A stretch of DNA of 64,000 nt from an uncultured Leptospirales bacterium (GCA_964491265.1 CAZBFP010000007.1:58177-122176), one strand, 5' to 3'. Positions 38,652-48,917 are shown, numbered from the stretch's first letter. Program-made: numbers and translations. The notes: a model not told the origin generated them from the letters alone.

Positions 38652-40433
38652 TTAAGCATAGAGCTCTTCAATTATAGCTTTGTACTTGTCCGAAACAAGT
38701 CGTCTTTTCATTTTCAATGTTGGTGTAAGTTCACCGCCTTCCTGGCTGAATTCATCGGGCATAATCTTAAAGCGCTTTATCTGCTCATATCCTGCAAGCT
38801 CAACAGATGCTGCTTCAATACGTGCTTTGTAAAAGCTTATTATTTCCGGTCTTGCAACCAGGTCCTCTCTCGATGTCCAGGATATCCCTTTGTCTGCGGC
38901 GTATTCTTCAAGGGCCGCAAAATTAGGTACTATAAGCCCGGTTACATAAGGGCGTTTTTCACCCACTGCCATTACCTGCTCAATATAATGGTCCATGCCC
39001 ACAATTGATTCAATTCTCTGGGGAGAGATATTTTTCCCCTGGGCTGTAATCATTATATCTTTAATTCTGTCAGTAATACGGAGGTAGCCTTCAGAATCAA
39101 TTTCACCCACATCTCCAGTATGGAACCATCCGTCCACAATAGCCTTAGCGGTTTCATCAGGTTTGTTATAGTATCCCTTCATAAGGTTCCCGCCCCTTGT
39201 GAGGATTTCACCATGCTCACTTATTTTAATCTCTGTATCTGCAATTACTTTACCAACTGTGCCGAATTTAAACTCAGCGGGCCTGTTGCATGTAATAACA
39301 GGTGATGTTTCTGAGAGCCCGTATCCCTGACATACAAGAAGACCTGCTGCAAAAAAGAATTCCTCTATCTCTTTTGAAAGAGCAGCGCCCCCTGCAGAGA
39401 AGAAATTTTTGGGCCCCCCCACAATTCCTCTGATTTTTGAAAGAACAAGTTTATTGGCCAGTGCATGAGTAAAACCGAGCCATGGCCCGATAAATTTTTT
39501 ATCTTTTTTGCTGTACTGGTATTTTTTCCCCTTTGCCAAAGCCCACATAAATAGTTTTTTCTTTACAGGTGAGCCTTTTTCGAGCCGTTCAAATACTGTG
39601 GAATATATTTTTTCGTAAAGCCTTGGTACGCTCACCATGGCTGTGGGCTTAACATCGGGCATAACATCCACAATGGTTTTCGGGTCAGCCAGGTAATTAA
39701 CCTGTGCGCCGAAGTTGAATACAATGTAGCACCAAGCTCTTTCATAGGCGTGACTCAGCGGCAGGAAGCAGAGTGACTTGTCCGCTTTTGTAATATTAAA
39801 ATGCTCAGCTATTCCCTTAATCTGGTGATAGAAATTTGAGTGTGTGAGCATAACACCCTTGGGGTCGCCGGTTGTTCCTGATGTATAAATCAGGGTTGCC
39901 AGGTCGGAGGGCTTCCCTTTCTCAAGCCTCTTTGTCAGTTCGCTTTGGGACTTCGATTTTTTACCAAGTGCGACAGCATCATCAAAATAAATAGATTCTT
40001 CACCTTCGAGTTTAATAGATCTGTCGATTACTATTATCTTCTTTAGTTTTTTGGAACTTTTCTGGAAAGCCTGAACTTTAGTGTACTGTTCTGTGGAATC
40101 AGCAAAGAGTACTTTAATTTCCGCATCATCTACTATGTATTCAGCCTGCTTTGAAGTGTTTGTAGCGTAAATAGGTACAGAAACAGCCCCAATGCTTAGA
40201 ATGGCAAAGTCTGCAATTGACCATTGCGGCTTGTTCTGTGAAAATATTCCCACAGTCTGCCCCTCTTTTACACCCATGTCTATTAGTGCAAGGGAGAGTG
40301 CATCAATTATTTCCACCATTTCTTTGTAGGTGGTTTCCTTCCATTCGCCCGATTCTTTAATCCGCAAAGCAATCTGGGAGCTGTTTTTTGCTCCGCTTTC
40401 ACGAATCATTGCTGCAAGATGTTCTTTTGTCAT
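38652..40433 (-). CDS. long-chain fatty-acid--CoA ligase (AMP-binding enzyme family)
   Basis: 593 aa; AMP-binding motif I YTSGTTGDPKGV; motifs GYGLSETS and C-terminal K. Confidence 0.9.
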   Translation of the reverse strand: MTKEHLAAMIRESGAKNSSQIALRIKESGEWKETTYKEMVEIIDALSLALIDMGVKEGQTVGIFSQNKPQWSIADFAILSIGAVSVPIYATNTSKQAEYIVDDAEIKVLFADSTEQYTKVQAFQKSSKKLKKIIVIDRSIKLEGEESIYFDDAVALGKKSKSQSELTKRLEKGKPSDLATLIYTSGTTGDPKGVMLTHSNFYHQIKGIAEHFNITKADKSLCFLPLSHAYERAWCYIVFNFGAQVNYLADPKTIVDVMPDVKPTAMVSVPRLYEKIYSTVFERLEKGSPVKKKLFMWALAKGKKYQYSKKDKKFIGPWLGFTHALANKLVLSKIRGIVGGPKNFFSAGGAALSKEIEEFFFAAGLLVCQGYGLSETSPVITCNRPAEFKFGTVGKVIADTEIKISEHGEILTRGGNLMKGYYNKPDETAKAIVDGWFHTGDVGEIDSEGYLRITDRIKDIMITAQGKNISPQRIESIVGMDHYIEQVMAVGEKRPYVTGLIVPNFAALEEYAADKGISWTSREDLVARPEIISFYKARIEAASVELAGYEQIKRFKIMPDEFSQEGGELTPTLKMKRRLVSDKYKAIIEELYA

Positions 40434-40869
40434 AATATCCCCCGATATTTAGTTGTCCACAGGTTTGTATCGGAACAGCGGTTCTTCCTGGAATTTGTCT
40501 TCCGCTGTCTGATAGCCTGTGACTTTTTTTATAAAAATATGAAATTAGATCCTGTCAGGTGTAATTTACCGGCAGTAAATTTAAGGATCTTTTAATTAAT
40601 ATGACCATTTAATCTTTATAAATGCAAGTATTTTTAAATAATTTTATGGTTATTATTCGATACACTTGTTCTATTTATAGAATGAGGTGTTTTTTATGGT
40701 ATAATTCTTTGTAGTGGTATTAAAATTAAGCCGTAATAATATCTTTTACTGTATAATACTTAAAAACTTTAATATTTTGCGGGAGTGGTTATAAGATTAT
40801 AACTGATATGTTTTCCTGATCCGGAAAGTGGGGAATTCCTGTCACCGGCAATATAGTTTTTTTAATTCT

Positions 40870-41030
40870 GAGTACTATGGTAGCGGTAGAATTTTGGAGG
40901 TTTTGTCATTCCCGCGCATGCGGGAATCTCATAACTTCTGATTATTTCAGGAGATTCCGGCACTACGTTATCACTTCGGCCGGAATGACAGACTTTCCCC
41001 TAAAATTCTACTACTACCGAGTACTATTGA
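40870..41030. repeat. MITE-like element: ~25-bp imperfect TIRs (AGTACTATGGTAGCGGTAGAATTTT) flanking double hairpin GTCATTCCCGCGCATGCGGGAATC ... GATTCCGGC-GCCGGAATGAC
   Basis: Related copies at 44066..44172 and 54184..54281; right TIR overlaps last 14 nt incl. stop codon of uvrC. Confidence 0.6.
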
Positions 41031-42822
41031 AATATGAATAAATTTTATCCGCAGTTTTTGATCCTATCCCCTCAGCTTTCATCAGGTCTTCTCTGGAAGC
41101 ATTTTTGATTTCTTCTACTCCCTTAAAATGCTTTAGCAGTGCGGATTTTATTACTGGACCAATCTCAGGAATTGAGTCTAGTTCAGATGTTGTAAGCTTT
41201 TTATCTCTTAAAATTCTATGATAGGTGACTGCAAATCTGTGGGCTTCGTCCCGTATGTTCTGTATTATTCTCAGGCCCGGGGAACCTTCAGGGAGCCGGA
41301 GCGGTTTTTCCGAAGGGTTTGTGTAAATCTCCTCAAATTTTTTTGCCACCGAAATTATTGAAGTTCCAATATTAAAATTCGATGCTGCTTCTATCCCCCT
41401 GGCGAGCTGTGTAGGGCCCCCGTCCAGTATAAACAGATCGGGCATTTCCATTTCTTCATTGATAAGGTGCTGTATCCTTCTTGATACTCCTTCATGCATC
41501 ATACCCGGATCATTTGGAGAATCGTAGCCTCTGATCTTATAACGTCTGTAGCTTTTTTTATCAGGCTTGCCGTTGCGGAAAACTACCATTGAAGCAACAG
41601 CGTCCTGCCCGTGAAAATTGGAAATATCAAAACATTCAATAATTAAAGGTTCGCTGTCAAGGTTCAGGGCTTCCTTCAGTGCTGTTAGTCCTGCATCAAT
41701 GCTGTTTGTCTCTGAAAAGCTTCTCTCTGCTGCAATCATGTCAATATTTTTCCTTATCAGTTTCAGAACACCTTTATCATCAGGGGATATTCCCCTTGTT
41801 ACAGATACCCGCCCGGAATTTTTTACGGAAAGATGGGATGATATAATTTTTGATTCATCTATCGATTCCTCTGTAACTATGCGGGATGGAATTCCCCGGT
41901 CACTGTAATAATCAATAATAAATGTCCTTACTATATCTGCAGGCTCACTGTATTTTGCATTATCAAAGATATTAATTTTACGCCCTGTAAGTATACCGCT
42001 GCGGAATTCGAAAATAACAAGAAGCGCTTCATTACCGAAAATTCCTGCTGCAATATAATCCTGGTCAATCCCTGATGGCACTTCAACCTTCTGTGTTTCA
42101 GAAATTTTCCTGATGTCGAAAATTATATCTCTCAGCTGTGCCGCCTTTTCATAATCCATTTCTGATGATGCTTTATTCATCCTTTCGTGAAGATTTTTTA
42201 TTGCCGGTTCAATATTCCCCTCCAGGAGGTGGACTGCATCATCAATAAGAGCCCTGTATTCATCTTTTGTAATATGCCCGGTGCATGCCCCTGAGCAGCG
42301 GTTTATCTGGAAATTGAGACATGGCCGTTCACCTTTTTTCAGTGGGAGTTCTCTTCTGCATGTTTTAAGCTTCAGTGTGCGATTAATCAGTGCTGCGGTA
42401 TTTTTAGCAGCCCCCGCATCTGTAAAGGGTCCGAAAAAGCGGTCACTCTTCCTGTTTATGTTTCGTGTATAGATTATTCTCGGATACTCCTCATTAAGGG
42501 TCACTGCTATATAGGGGTAGCGCTTGTCATCTTTCAGGCGTATATTGAATTTAGGCTTATGTTTTTTTATAAGGTTATTTTCAAGGAGAAGGGCTTCAAT
42601 TTCTGTATCAGTGGCAATATATTCTATGTCGCGGATATTTTTAACAAGTACTCCGGTTTTGGCGTCCTGTCCGGTTTTGCGGAAATATGAGGTTACCCTT
42701 TTTTTAAGTGACCTGGCTTTGCCGATGTAGATTATCTCCCTGTCCCGGTCCAGCATCATGTAAATACCGGGAGATTCCGGAAGACGGGAGAGGATCTCCT
42801 CTATCTTCGAGTCGCTTTTCAC
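41014..42822 (-). CDS. uvrC: excinuclease ABC subunit C (UvrC)
   Basis: 602 aa; N-terminal GIY-YIG (GIYMMLDRDREIIYIGKARSLKKRVTSYF); UvrBC-interaction and endonuclease V regions; C-terminal HhH. Confidence 0.95.
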   Translation of the reverse strand: MKSDSKIEEILSRLPESPGIYMMLDRDREIIYIGKARSLKKRVTSYFRKTGQDAKTGVLVKNIRDIEYIATDTEIEALLLENNLIKKHKPKFNIRLKDDKRYPYIAVTLNEEYPRIIYTRNINRKSDRFFGPFTDAGAAKNTAALINRTLKLKTCRRELPLKKGERPCLNFQINRCSGACTGHITKDEYRALIDDAVHLLEGNIEPAIKNLHERMNKASSEMDYEKAAQLRDIIFDIRKISETQKVEVPSGIDQDYIAAGIFGNEALLVIFEFRSGILTGRKINIFDNAKYSEPADIVRTFIIDYYSDRGIPSRIVTEESIDESKIISSHLSVKNSGRVSVTRGISPDDKGVLKLIRKNIDMIAAERSFSETNSIDAGLTALKEALNLDSEPLIIECFDISNFHGQDAVASMVVFRNGKPDKKSYRRYKIRGYDSPNDPGMMHEGVSRRIQHLINEEMEMPDLFILDGGPTQLARGIEAASNFNIGTSIISVAKKFEEIYTNPSEKPLRLPEGSPGLRIIQNIRDEAHRFAVTYHRILRDKKLTTSELDSIPEIGPVIKSALLKHFKGVEEIKNASREDLMKAEGIGSKTADKIYSYFNSTR

Positions 42823-43949
42823 TGATCCTCCTGTGAAGGCTTATTGAGTATATTTAAAATTTTTTCCATATAAGCTCTGCTCTGTTCATGGTCCGGTTTT
42901 ATCTCCAGTGCCCTCTTGAACATCTCAACTGATTCATCATACTGTTTCAGTCTTGCCATGGCAACACCAAGGTTGAAGAAACTGGAGTAGCTTTCCGGTC
43001 TTAATAGGGTTACGGTTCTGAATAATGGAAGGGCAGCGGATGAGTCGCCGCTTTTTAATGCTGCCACACCATCTCTAAAGAGTTCATCAGCCCTGCTGTT
43101 TATTTCAAGGATGGTTTCCTCAATGTCATCTGACCTGATTTTTCTGTCCCGGATGTCTTCAACAAGGGCGTTAAATGAACCGGCAATTCTGTTAAGTTCT
43201 TCATCATCGGAAATGCTGATGCGGATATTATAGTTCCCGTCTGCAGCCCTGTCAAGATGTGATGCTATCCCCCTGAGGATATAGGAGTAATTCTGATAAA
43301 ACAGCCAGGTTGCGCCGATTACACCGGCAGAAATAATTAGAGATAAAATAAATATTATTATTTTCTGTGCCCTGTAATTGCGGTTTAGCGCATTTATTTT
43401 CCCTTCAGTTTCTGAAACAGGAATGATCCATTGTGAAATTATTCTGCTGTTTCCGGATGTAAATGGAGCATATACGTATTGCCAGCGCAGTATGCCGTCT
43501 GTATAGACTCTGCTGTCGGTTGCAATTTTTGTGAGCGATTCTTTCATAATGTCAAGCCCCTCTTCAGGCTTTACAATCTGTCCGGGTGATATTTCAGGTA
43601 CATAGGCAGTGCTGTTAATAATTATATCCGTAACTCTGAAAAAGTTTTCATCTTCAGTTCTCTGGTAAAGGTTTATCCCGGTTATTCCCTGAGAGGAACT
43701 TTTTTCCCGGAGAAAGCCTTTCAGGGATGAAGCATCATCAATCACTTCCCCCCCGGCTTCATCAGAAATCATGCTCACGATTCTACTATAGCTTTTCACA
43801 TTATCGCTTAAAAGTATTTCAGATGCTCCTTCAACAGTACTGGAAAGTGCCCAGTTTAATATGAGGGCTGTTACAATAATAAGGGATGAGTATATGATGG
43901 ATACTGTAAGAATGAAATTTCTGGAAAAGCCGGTTTTGCTGTATTTCAT
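42819..43949 (-). CDS. membrane protein with periplasmic domain, HAMP-like linker and C-terminal TPR repeats
   Basis: 376 aa; two TM; TPR-like SYSSFFNLGVAMARLKQYDESVEMFKRALEIKPDHEQS; overlaps uvrC start by 4 nt. Confidence 0.5.
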   Translation of the reverse strand: MKYSKTGFSRNFILTVSIIYSSLIIVTALILNWALSSTVEGASEILLSDNVKSYSRIVSMISDEAGGEVIDDASSLKGFLREKSSSQGITGINLYQRTEDENFFRVTDIIINSTAYVPEISPGQIVKPEEGLDIMKESLTKIATDSRVYTDGILRWQYVYAPFTSGNSRIISQWIIPVSETEGKINALNRNYRAQKIIIFILSLIISAGVIGATWLFYQNYSYILRGIASHLDRAADGNYNIRISISDDEELNRIAGSFNALVEDIRDRKIRSDDIEETILEINSRADELFRDGVAALKSGDSSAALPLFRTVTLLRPESYSSFFNLGVAMARLKQYDESVEMFKRALEIKPDHEQSRAYMEKILNILNKPSQEDQ

Positions 43950-44065
43950 AAATTCTCCCCTGGCACAGGCCTTAAATTAAATTCCGGGCTGATGGTAAGT
44001 CCGGAATTATATTGAGCATATATTATCATCTGTTCAACTAAAAAATATCTTTTATTAAGGGGTAT

Positions 44066-44172
44066 CAGTAGAATTTAGTAGGTTTTGTCATTCCGGCCGA
44101 AGTGCAAACGCAGAGCCGGAATCTACTCGAAAAACTGGATTAATGAGATTCCCGCCTGCGCGGGAATGACAC
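44066..44172. repeat. double-hairpin repeat (GTCATTCCGGCCGAAG...GCCGGAATC / GATTCCCGCCTGCGCGGGAATGAC) with shared GTAGAATTT flank
   Basis: Same family as 40870..41030 and 54184..54281. Confidence 0.6.
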
Positions 44173-44289
44173 CATGTACAAAATTAAACTGCTGCTTTAT
44201 TAAGGGATCTCTTTTTATTTCTAAAATAATTGACAGCATTCTCTGCTTCAATAGGCTGTTGTGATGTTGAATTAAATTGAGGCGGTAAA

Positions 44290-45540
44290 ATGAAGCTTTC
44301 AAATTTTGGTGAAAAGGTATACAGGGATTCGGGGATTAAAAGTCTCATGGATGATCTTGGCAATGCCTTGGCTGTGAATAAGGATATGCTCATGCTTGGC
44401 GGGGGGAACCCTGCACATATCCCGCAGGTTCAGGCGATTTTTCGTCAAAGTATGGAGGATATATTGGAAGACGGCACCTGCTTTGATGAGTGTATCGGCA
44501 ATTACGACTCCCCTCAGGGGAATGCCCGGTTCATTGAAGATCTTGCCGGTATGCTTAAAAGAGAATATGGGTGGGATATAAGCCCGAAAAATATAATGCT
44601 CACAAACGGGAGCCAGTCCGCGTTTTTTCTTCTTTTTAATATGTTTTCAGGCACTTTCCCGGACGGTTCATTTAAAAAAATACTTCTCCCTCTTACGCCC
44701 GAGTATATAGGTTATAGTGATGTTGGATACGGGACAGAGGAGATATTTACGTCAATACGTCCTGAGATTCATTTTGAAGGGGAGAATATCTTTAAGTACC
44801 ATATCGATTTTGATAATCTCAAAGTTGGTGATGATATTGGTGCAATCTGCGTGTCAAGGCCCACAAACCCTACAGGTAATGTTCTTGATAACTCCGAAAT
44901 AGAAAAACTTGTTAAGCTTTCATCAGAAAAAAAGATACCCCTTATAATTGATAATGCATACGGAACACCATTTCCTGATATTGTTTTTACTGATGCTCCG
45001 CCATTCTGGAATGAAAATATAATCATGTGCCTGAGCCTTTCCAAGCTGGGGCTCCCCGGTGTGCGCACTGGAATAGTTGTGGCCTCAGAGGAGCTTACAG
45101 CTGCTCTGTCTCAGATAAATGCAGTAATGAACCTGGCTCCCGGGAGTGTGGGCGCGGTGCTTACCAGTGAGCTTGTACGCAGCGGTAAAATTATTGATAT
45201 GAGCAGGAATATTATTAAGCCATATTATAAGAGTAAGGCCGACTTTGCAGTAAACCTTTTTAAGGAGCATTTGAGAGGAACAGATTTTTTTATACATAAA
45301 CCTGAAGGTGCAATCTTCCTCTGGCTCTGGTTCCGGGGAATTAAGGTGAGCAGCCACGAGCTTTACAAAAGGCTTAAGGAGAGAGGTGTGCTTGTTGTGT
45401 CGGGTCACTATTTTTTCCCCGGCCTTGCTGATCCATGGGATCACAGGGATGAATGCATAAGAGTCAATTATTCACAGAGCAATGAAGTTGTTTCCAGAGG
45501 GATTGAGATAATTGCAGATGAAGTGAGGAAGTGTTATTAA
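44290..45540 (+). CDS. avtA: valine--pyruvate (alanine-synthesising) aminotransferase AvtA-like, PLP-dependent
   Basis: 416 aa; end-to-end similarity to AvtA (LFG.K..R.SGI..LM.DL...MLGGGNPA.IP; SRPTNPTGNV; PLP-Lys in CLSLSKLGLPG; HKPEGAIFLWLWF). Confidence 0.85.
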   Translation: MKLSNFGEKVYRDSGIKSLMDDLGNALAVNKDMLMLGGGNPAHIPQVQAIFRQSMEDILEDGTCFDECIGNYDSPQGNARFIEDLAGMLKREYGWDISPKNIMLTNGSQSAFFLLFNMFSGTFPDGSFKKILLPLTPEYIGYSDVGYGTEEIFTSIRPEIHFEGENIFKYHIDFDNLKVGDDIGAICVSRPTNPTGNVLDNSEIEKLVKLSSEKKIPLIIDNAYGTPFPDIVFTDAPPFWNENIIMCLSLSKLGLPGVRTGIVVASEELTAALSQINAVMNLAPGSVGAVLTSELVRSGKIIDMSRNIIKPYYKSKADFAVNLFKEHLRGTDFFIHKPEGAIFLWLWFRGIKVSSHELYKRLKERGVLVVSGHYFFPGLADPWDHRDECIRVNYSQSNEVVSRGIEIIADEVRKCY

Positions 45541-45639
45541 TTTTTGCTCATCCCGGATTTTCAGGAAAAGTAATAAGTTTATTTTGTTCACCACATCTAT
45601 TCAGCCCTCTGTCTACCGGCTTACTCTACCCACTTCTTA

Positions 45640-45860
45640 AGCAGTACCCGGCTGATCCACTGTGCCCTCACCCCCGGCCCCTCTCCCATGAATAAACTTT
45701 AATGTTAATTCATGTATTGATACCGGGGAGAGGGGTGACCGCATAAAAAAATGAACATTTGTTTTTTTTCGAATTCTCCCCCTTCTCCCTCGGGAAGATA
45801 AGTACAAGGTATTATTTTTTATTATGGGAGAAGGGGGCCGGGGGGATGAGGGCATAAAAA
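45640..45860. repeat. GC-rich palindromic element with ~27-bp TIRs (TGCCCTCACCCCCGGCCCCTCTCCCAT / ATGGGAGAAGGGGGCCGGGGGGATGAGGGCA) and nested inverted repeats
   Basis: Read directly; strongly GC-skewed island in AT-rich intergenic region between convergent genes. Confidence 0.6.
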
Positions 45861-45930
45861 GCTCAATAATAGAAATGATTTTTTAATACTTTGATTCATC
45901 AACTTGCTCAAGTTTTTCTTTTGCGTGCCC

Positions 45931-45970
45931 CCTTCGGGGGACAGGGGGCCAATACACCGGGTAAAGGCAC
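45931..45970. repeat. GC-rich hairpin repeat GTGCCCCCTTCGGGGGACAGGGGGCCAATACACC
   Basis: Reverse-complement copy of 59880..59921; related copies 15671..15690 and 60088..60118. Confidence 0.6.
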
Positions 45971-46103
45971 TCACTAAATGATTTTTCACGAAATATAATT
46001 TGTCATTTTGATGGCTTTTGACTTGTGGGTAGTAATGAGCCGGTCGACAGAGGGGGGGTAAAGTTATTTTGTTCCCGGAAAATTTAAGATTAAATTCTAA
46101 GTT

Positions 46104-47756
46104 TTAAAGCTTAATCTGCTCTATGAGCTTACCCTGTAAACTTTGAGGAACATCCTTCAGGTATCCTGAAACCTCGCTGATATTATTAAAGGGTCGTTTT
46201 ATAATAATCTGAGAAGCCCTGTCTCTATTAATACCGGGGATTGCCTCCAGCGCTTTCTGGCCTGCCTTGTTGATATTAAAGGGGAGCGGGATCCCGGCAA
46301 GTGAACGTTCCCTCTGCCCTGTTACAAGAATATCCTGAAAAGATTTTAATTCCAGTTCCCAGGGAATTTTTACAGTAATTGAATAGCTTGCAATCTGTTT
46401 TGCAAAGGAGTAGCTGTCCCTTCTGTCAAGTACCAGGTTGTTCTTTAAAACAGTACCTGCAGGGTATATTTCTTTAAGCATAAACCTGTCTATGTCATCG
46501 CGGATTTTTTCCCTGAAAAATTCAAACCTGTTAAGGAGCCCTTTGTTTGCAATGGCCTTTTCATTGTAAAGCTCAGTACCGGGGAAGGGGAGGAGTTTTC
46601 TGATATTTATTCTTTTTACAAGCAGCCCCATATCCGCAATCTGCATCAGGTATCTGTAGTTTGTTTTAAATGTTTCTGCTGTTTCACCCCTTAAGCCCTG
46701 TATAAGATTAATTCCGGGGAGAAGAGCCGGTATCCCCTCAATTCTGTTTCCGCATATTTCATTCATCATTTTTACTGCGAAGATGGTTTCCTCAGGAGTT
46801 GTTTTAAGCCTGTTCTGATTTATAACTGAAATATCAAAGGATTCAACACCAAAGGGTAGGGTATCACCCGGTGTTACTGTCCCGCCGATTGCAGTGAGTA
46901 TCCGTGCGGATTCATCGGGCCATTTTGCAATAGACCCGGGGTTTCCGTTATCAACATTCAGTATATCAATCAACCCCCTCTCTCTTCTATCCTTGAGTGC
47001 GGAAAAAAGTTCCTCCACTGCTGCCGGATTGGGCTTTGGGAAATCTCCCCGGAATTCATTCATTTCGCTCCTGTATTGAATAATGTCTGCCTGCCTCCCT
47101 ATGCGGAAGCGCTTAACCCCGCAGCTGATAAGTGCATCAACTTCATTTATAACATCTTCAGTTTCTCTGAACTCAACAGCACCGGCAAGCCCTTCAGAAC
47201 AGAAGGAGCAGTGGCGGAGCCTGGGGCAGCCTCTTCCTGTTTCGATTTCGCAGATGATATGAGGGAACCAGGGGTGATTCTTTACAACCGGCGCGCCAAG
47301 TACCCCCCATCGGGAAGCCATAGCCTGTGTTCTTTTTTCATCAGCGCCATTACCACTTGCTTTACTGTAAGCGTACATTTCAATATCGTTGTGAATCGTT
47401 TCAGTATTGGGACGCTGCTGTGAAACCGCGCTGCTGATGAGGCCCCCCACTGCGATTTTATGGTGAGGATTGGAATCTATTATTTTTAATATTTCCTGCA
47501 GAGTCCCTATTCTGGCTCCAAGATATTTTCCCGGAACAACCGCACCGCCAATTAGAAAAATTCCGGTGTAGCTGCTTTGAAGCTTAAAGTCAGATCCCCT
47601 CATATGGTCTATTGTGAGGTAGTCAATTCTATCCTCATCAATACCGGCATCAATGAGCGCGCCGTAGATATAACGGGGGTAGGGGGAGATAAACGGCGGT
47701 ACTCCAAGACATGCAGGTTCATCAACAAAGCAGTCCAGGATGAGGAATTTTTTCAT
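46104..47756 (-). CDS. radical SAM domain protein (Cx5Cx2C cluster motif) with C-terminal helix-hairpin-helix motif
   Basis: 550 aa; GRGCPRLRHCSFCSEG; C-terminal GQKALEAIPGINRDRASQIIIKRPFNNISEV HhH; precise family not resolved. Confidence 0.55.
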   Translation of the reverse strand: MKKFLILDCFVDEPACLGVPPFISPYPRYIYGALIDAGIDEDRIDYLTIDHMRGSDFKLQSSYTGIFLIGGAVVPGKYLGARIGTLQEILKIIDSNPHHKIAVGGLISSAVSQQRPNTETIHNDIEMYAYSKASGNGADEKRTQAMASRWGVLGAPVVKNHPWFPHIICEIETGRGCPRLRHCSFCSEGLAGAVEFRETEDVINEVDALISCGVKRFRIGRQADIIQYRSEMNEFRGDFPKPNPAAVEELFSALKDRRERGLIDILNVDNGNPGSIAKWPDESARILTAIGGTVTPGDTLPFGVESFDISVINQNRLKTTPEETIFAVKMMNEICGNRIEGIPALLPGINLIQGLRGETAETFKTNYRYLMQIADMGLLVKRINIRKLLPFPGTELYNEKAIANKGLLNRFEFFREKIRDDIDRFMLKEIYPAGTVLKNNLVLDRRDSYSFAKQIASYSITVKIPWELELKSFQDILVTGQRERSLAGIPLPFNINKAGQKALEAIPGINRDRASQIIIKRPFNNISEVSGYLKDVPQSLQGKLIEQIKL

Positions 47757-48304
47757 TCAAGCTCCAGTAGTGCGTCAATATCCCCGGACATGCGGCTGCG
47801 GATTTTGGCTTCAAGTGATTTTACAAATTTAGTGTTATTTATAATCATCTCTCTGATCTTTTCTGTTTTACCGTAGCGTTTAACCAGGTCTGCAATCCTT
47901 GAATCGATTGTTACAATCTGGTCGTGCATAACCCGTTTATCCGCGTAGTAGATTATCTCTTTTTCCGTGACAGGACCGTTAGGATCAAAATCGGAGAATA
48001 TTACATGGCTTTCAACAATTTCGGCGATTTCATCATACCCCAGTTCTCTGAGTATTTCTCCACCCTTCAGGTCGTGCCTCAGCTCCCTGTTTATTATGGA
48101 GCTGGTTTTTGCAATATCATGAAGCAGGGCTGATGCTATTATAAGCTCTCTGTTCAGGGTGTCCTTTTCATTAAGGTTGTCATAAATTATTAGAGAAACA
48201 TTTTTTACCTGAATTGAATGCTCTATTATATTCGGGAGCATATTATACTCCTGAATAAGTGAAAAACATTCAGTTTCTGTGGGAATTTTAATCATACCTG
48301 TCAT
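47753..48304 (-). CDS. HD/HDIG-domain metal-dependent phosphohydrolase
   Basis: 183 aa; H...HD motif (ALLHDIAK); overlaps radical SAM gene start by 4 nt. Confidence 0.75.
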   Translation of the reverse strand: MTGMIKIPTETECFSLIQEYNMLPNIIEHSIQVKNVSLIIYDNLNEKDTLNRELIIASALLHDIAKTSSIINRELRHDLKGGEILRELGYDEIAEIVESHVIFSDFDPNGPVTEKEIIYYADKRVMHDQIVTIDSRIADLVKRYGKTEKIREMIINNTKFVKSLEAKIRSRMSGDIDALLELE

Positions 48305-48696
48305 TTCAGCACCGGTCCATAAGTTAATATGTACCGTTTTATCATGCCTGTCTACAATATTTTTTTAATGGAGTTTAATGTTAATTCGTGAGAATATATT
48401 GTAGTGTAAAAATTGACAATTTTATATTCCGGTTGCCTTCGGCGTCTGGAATAATAGAGCATTTTAACAATAAAAGATATAGGAGTAAATACTGAATGGA
48501 GTTACAGTTATTTGCTGCAAAAGCAACTCTATTATGGTATACAGCAGTCTCTATATGATGTAATGCTATTATGCAAAAATCATTATAAAAGACCATTATT
48601 GATTGACAATCAGACATGATAAAATATCTGTTATTATCTCTTTGCAAAAGAGACATAATTAAAAATAAGATCGTCAGATTCAGGCGGAGAAAATAA

Positions 48697-48861
48697 TGAA
48701 ACTAGAAGACTGTAGAAAATGCAGGCATCATATAGAGTTGAGAAATTACCAGGTGCTTTGTAATTATGGAGGATCTCTCAGTTCTATGGCAACCACCCAG
48801 GATGAAAAAAACGGTGAGTATAGAGTTCTTGCATGTCCCATAAAACTTAAAGGGAAATAAC
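48697..48861 (+). CDS. small hypothetical Cys-containing protein (54 aa)
   Basis: ATG..TAA ORF not in track (<60 aa): MKLEDCRKCRHHIELRNYQVLCNYGG...ACPIKLKGK; weak support. Confidence 0.2.
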
Positions 48862-48917
48862 CCTCTTACATTATTAATTCCGGCGCATTATTATTCAACG
48901 CCCCTTTGTTTAATGCA

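Noticed and set aside
45637-45855. 72-aa Pro/Gly/Arg-rich ORF on the minus strand
   Set aside because: It lies entirely within a GC-rich palindromic repeat. The composition reflects the repeat, not coding.
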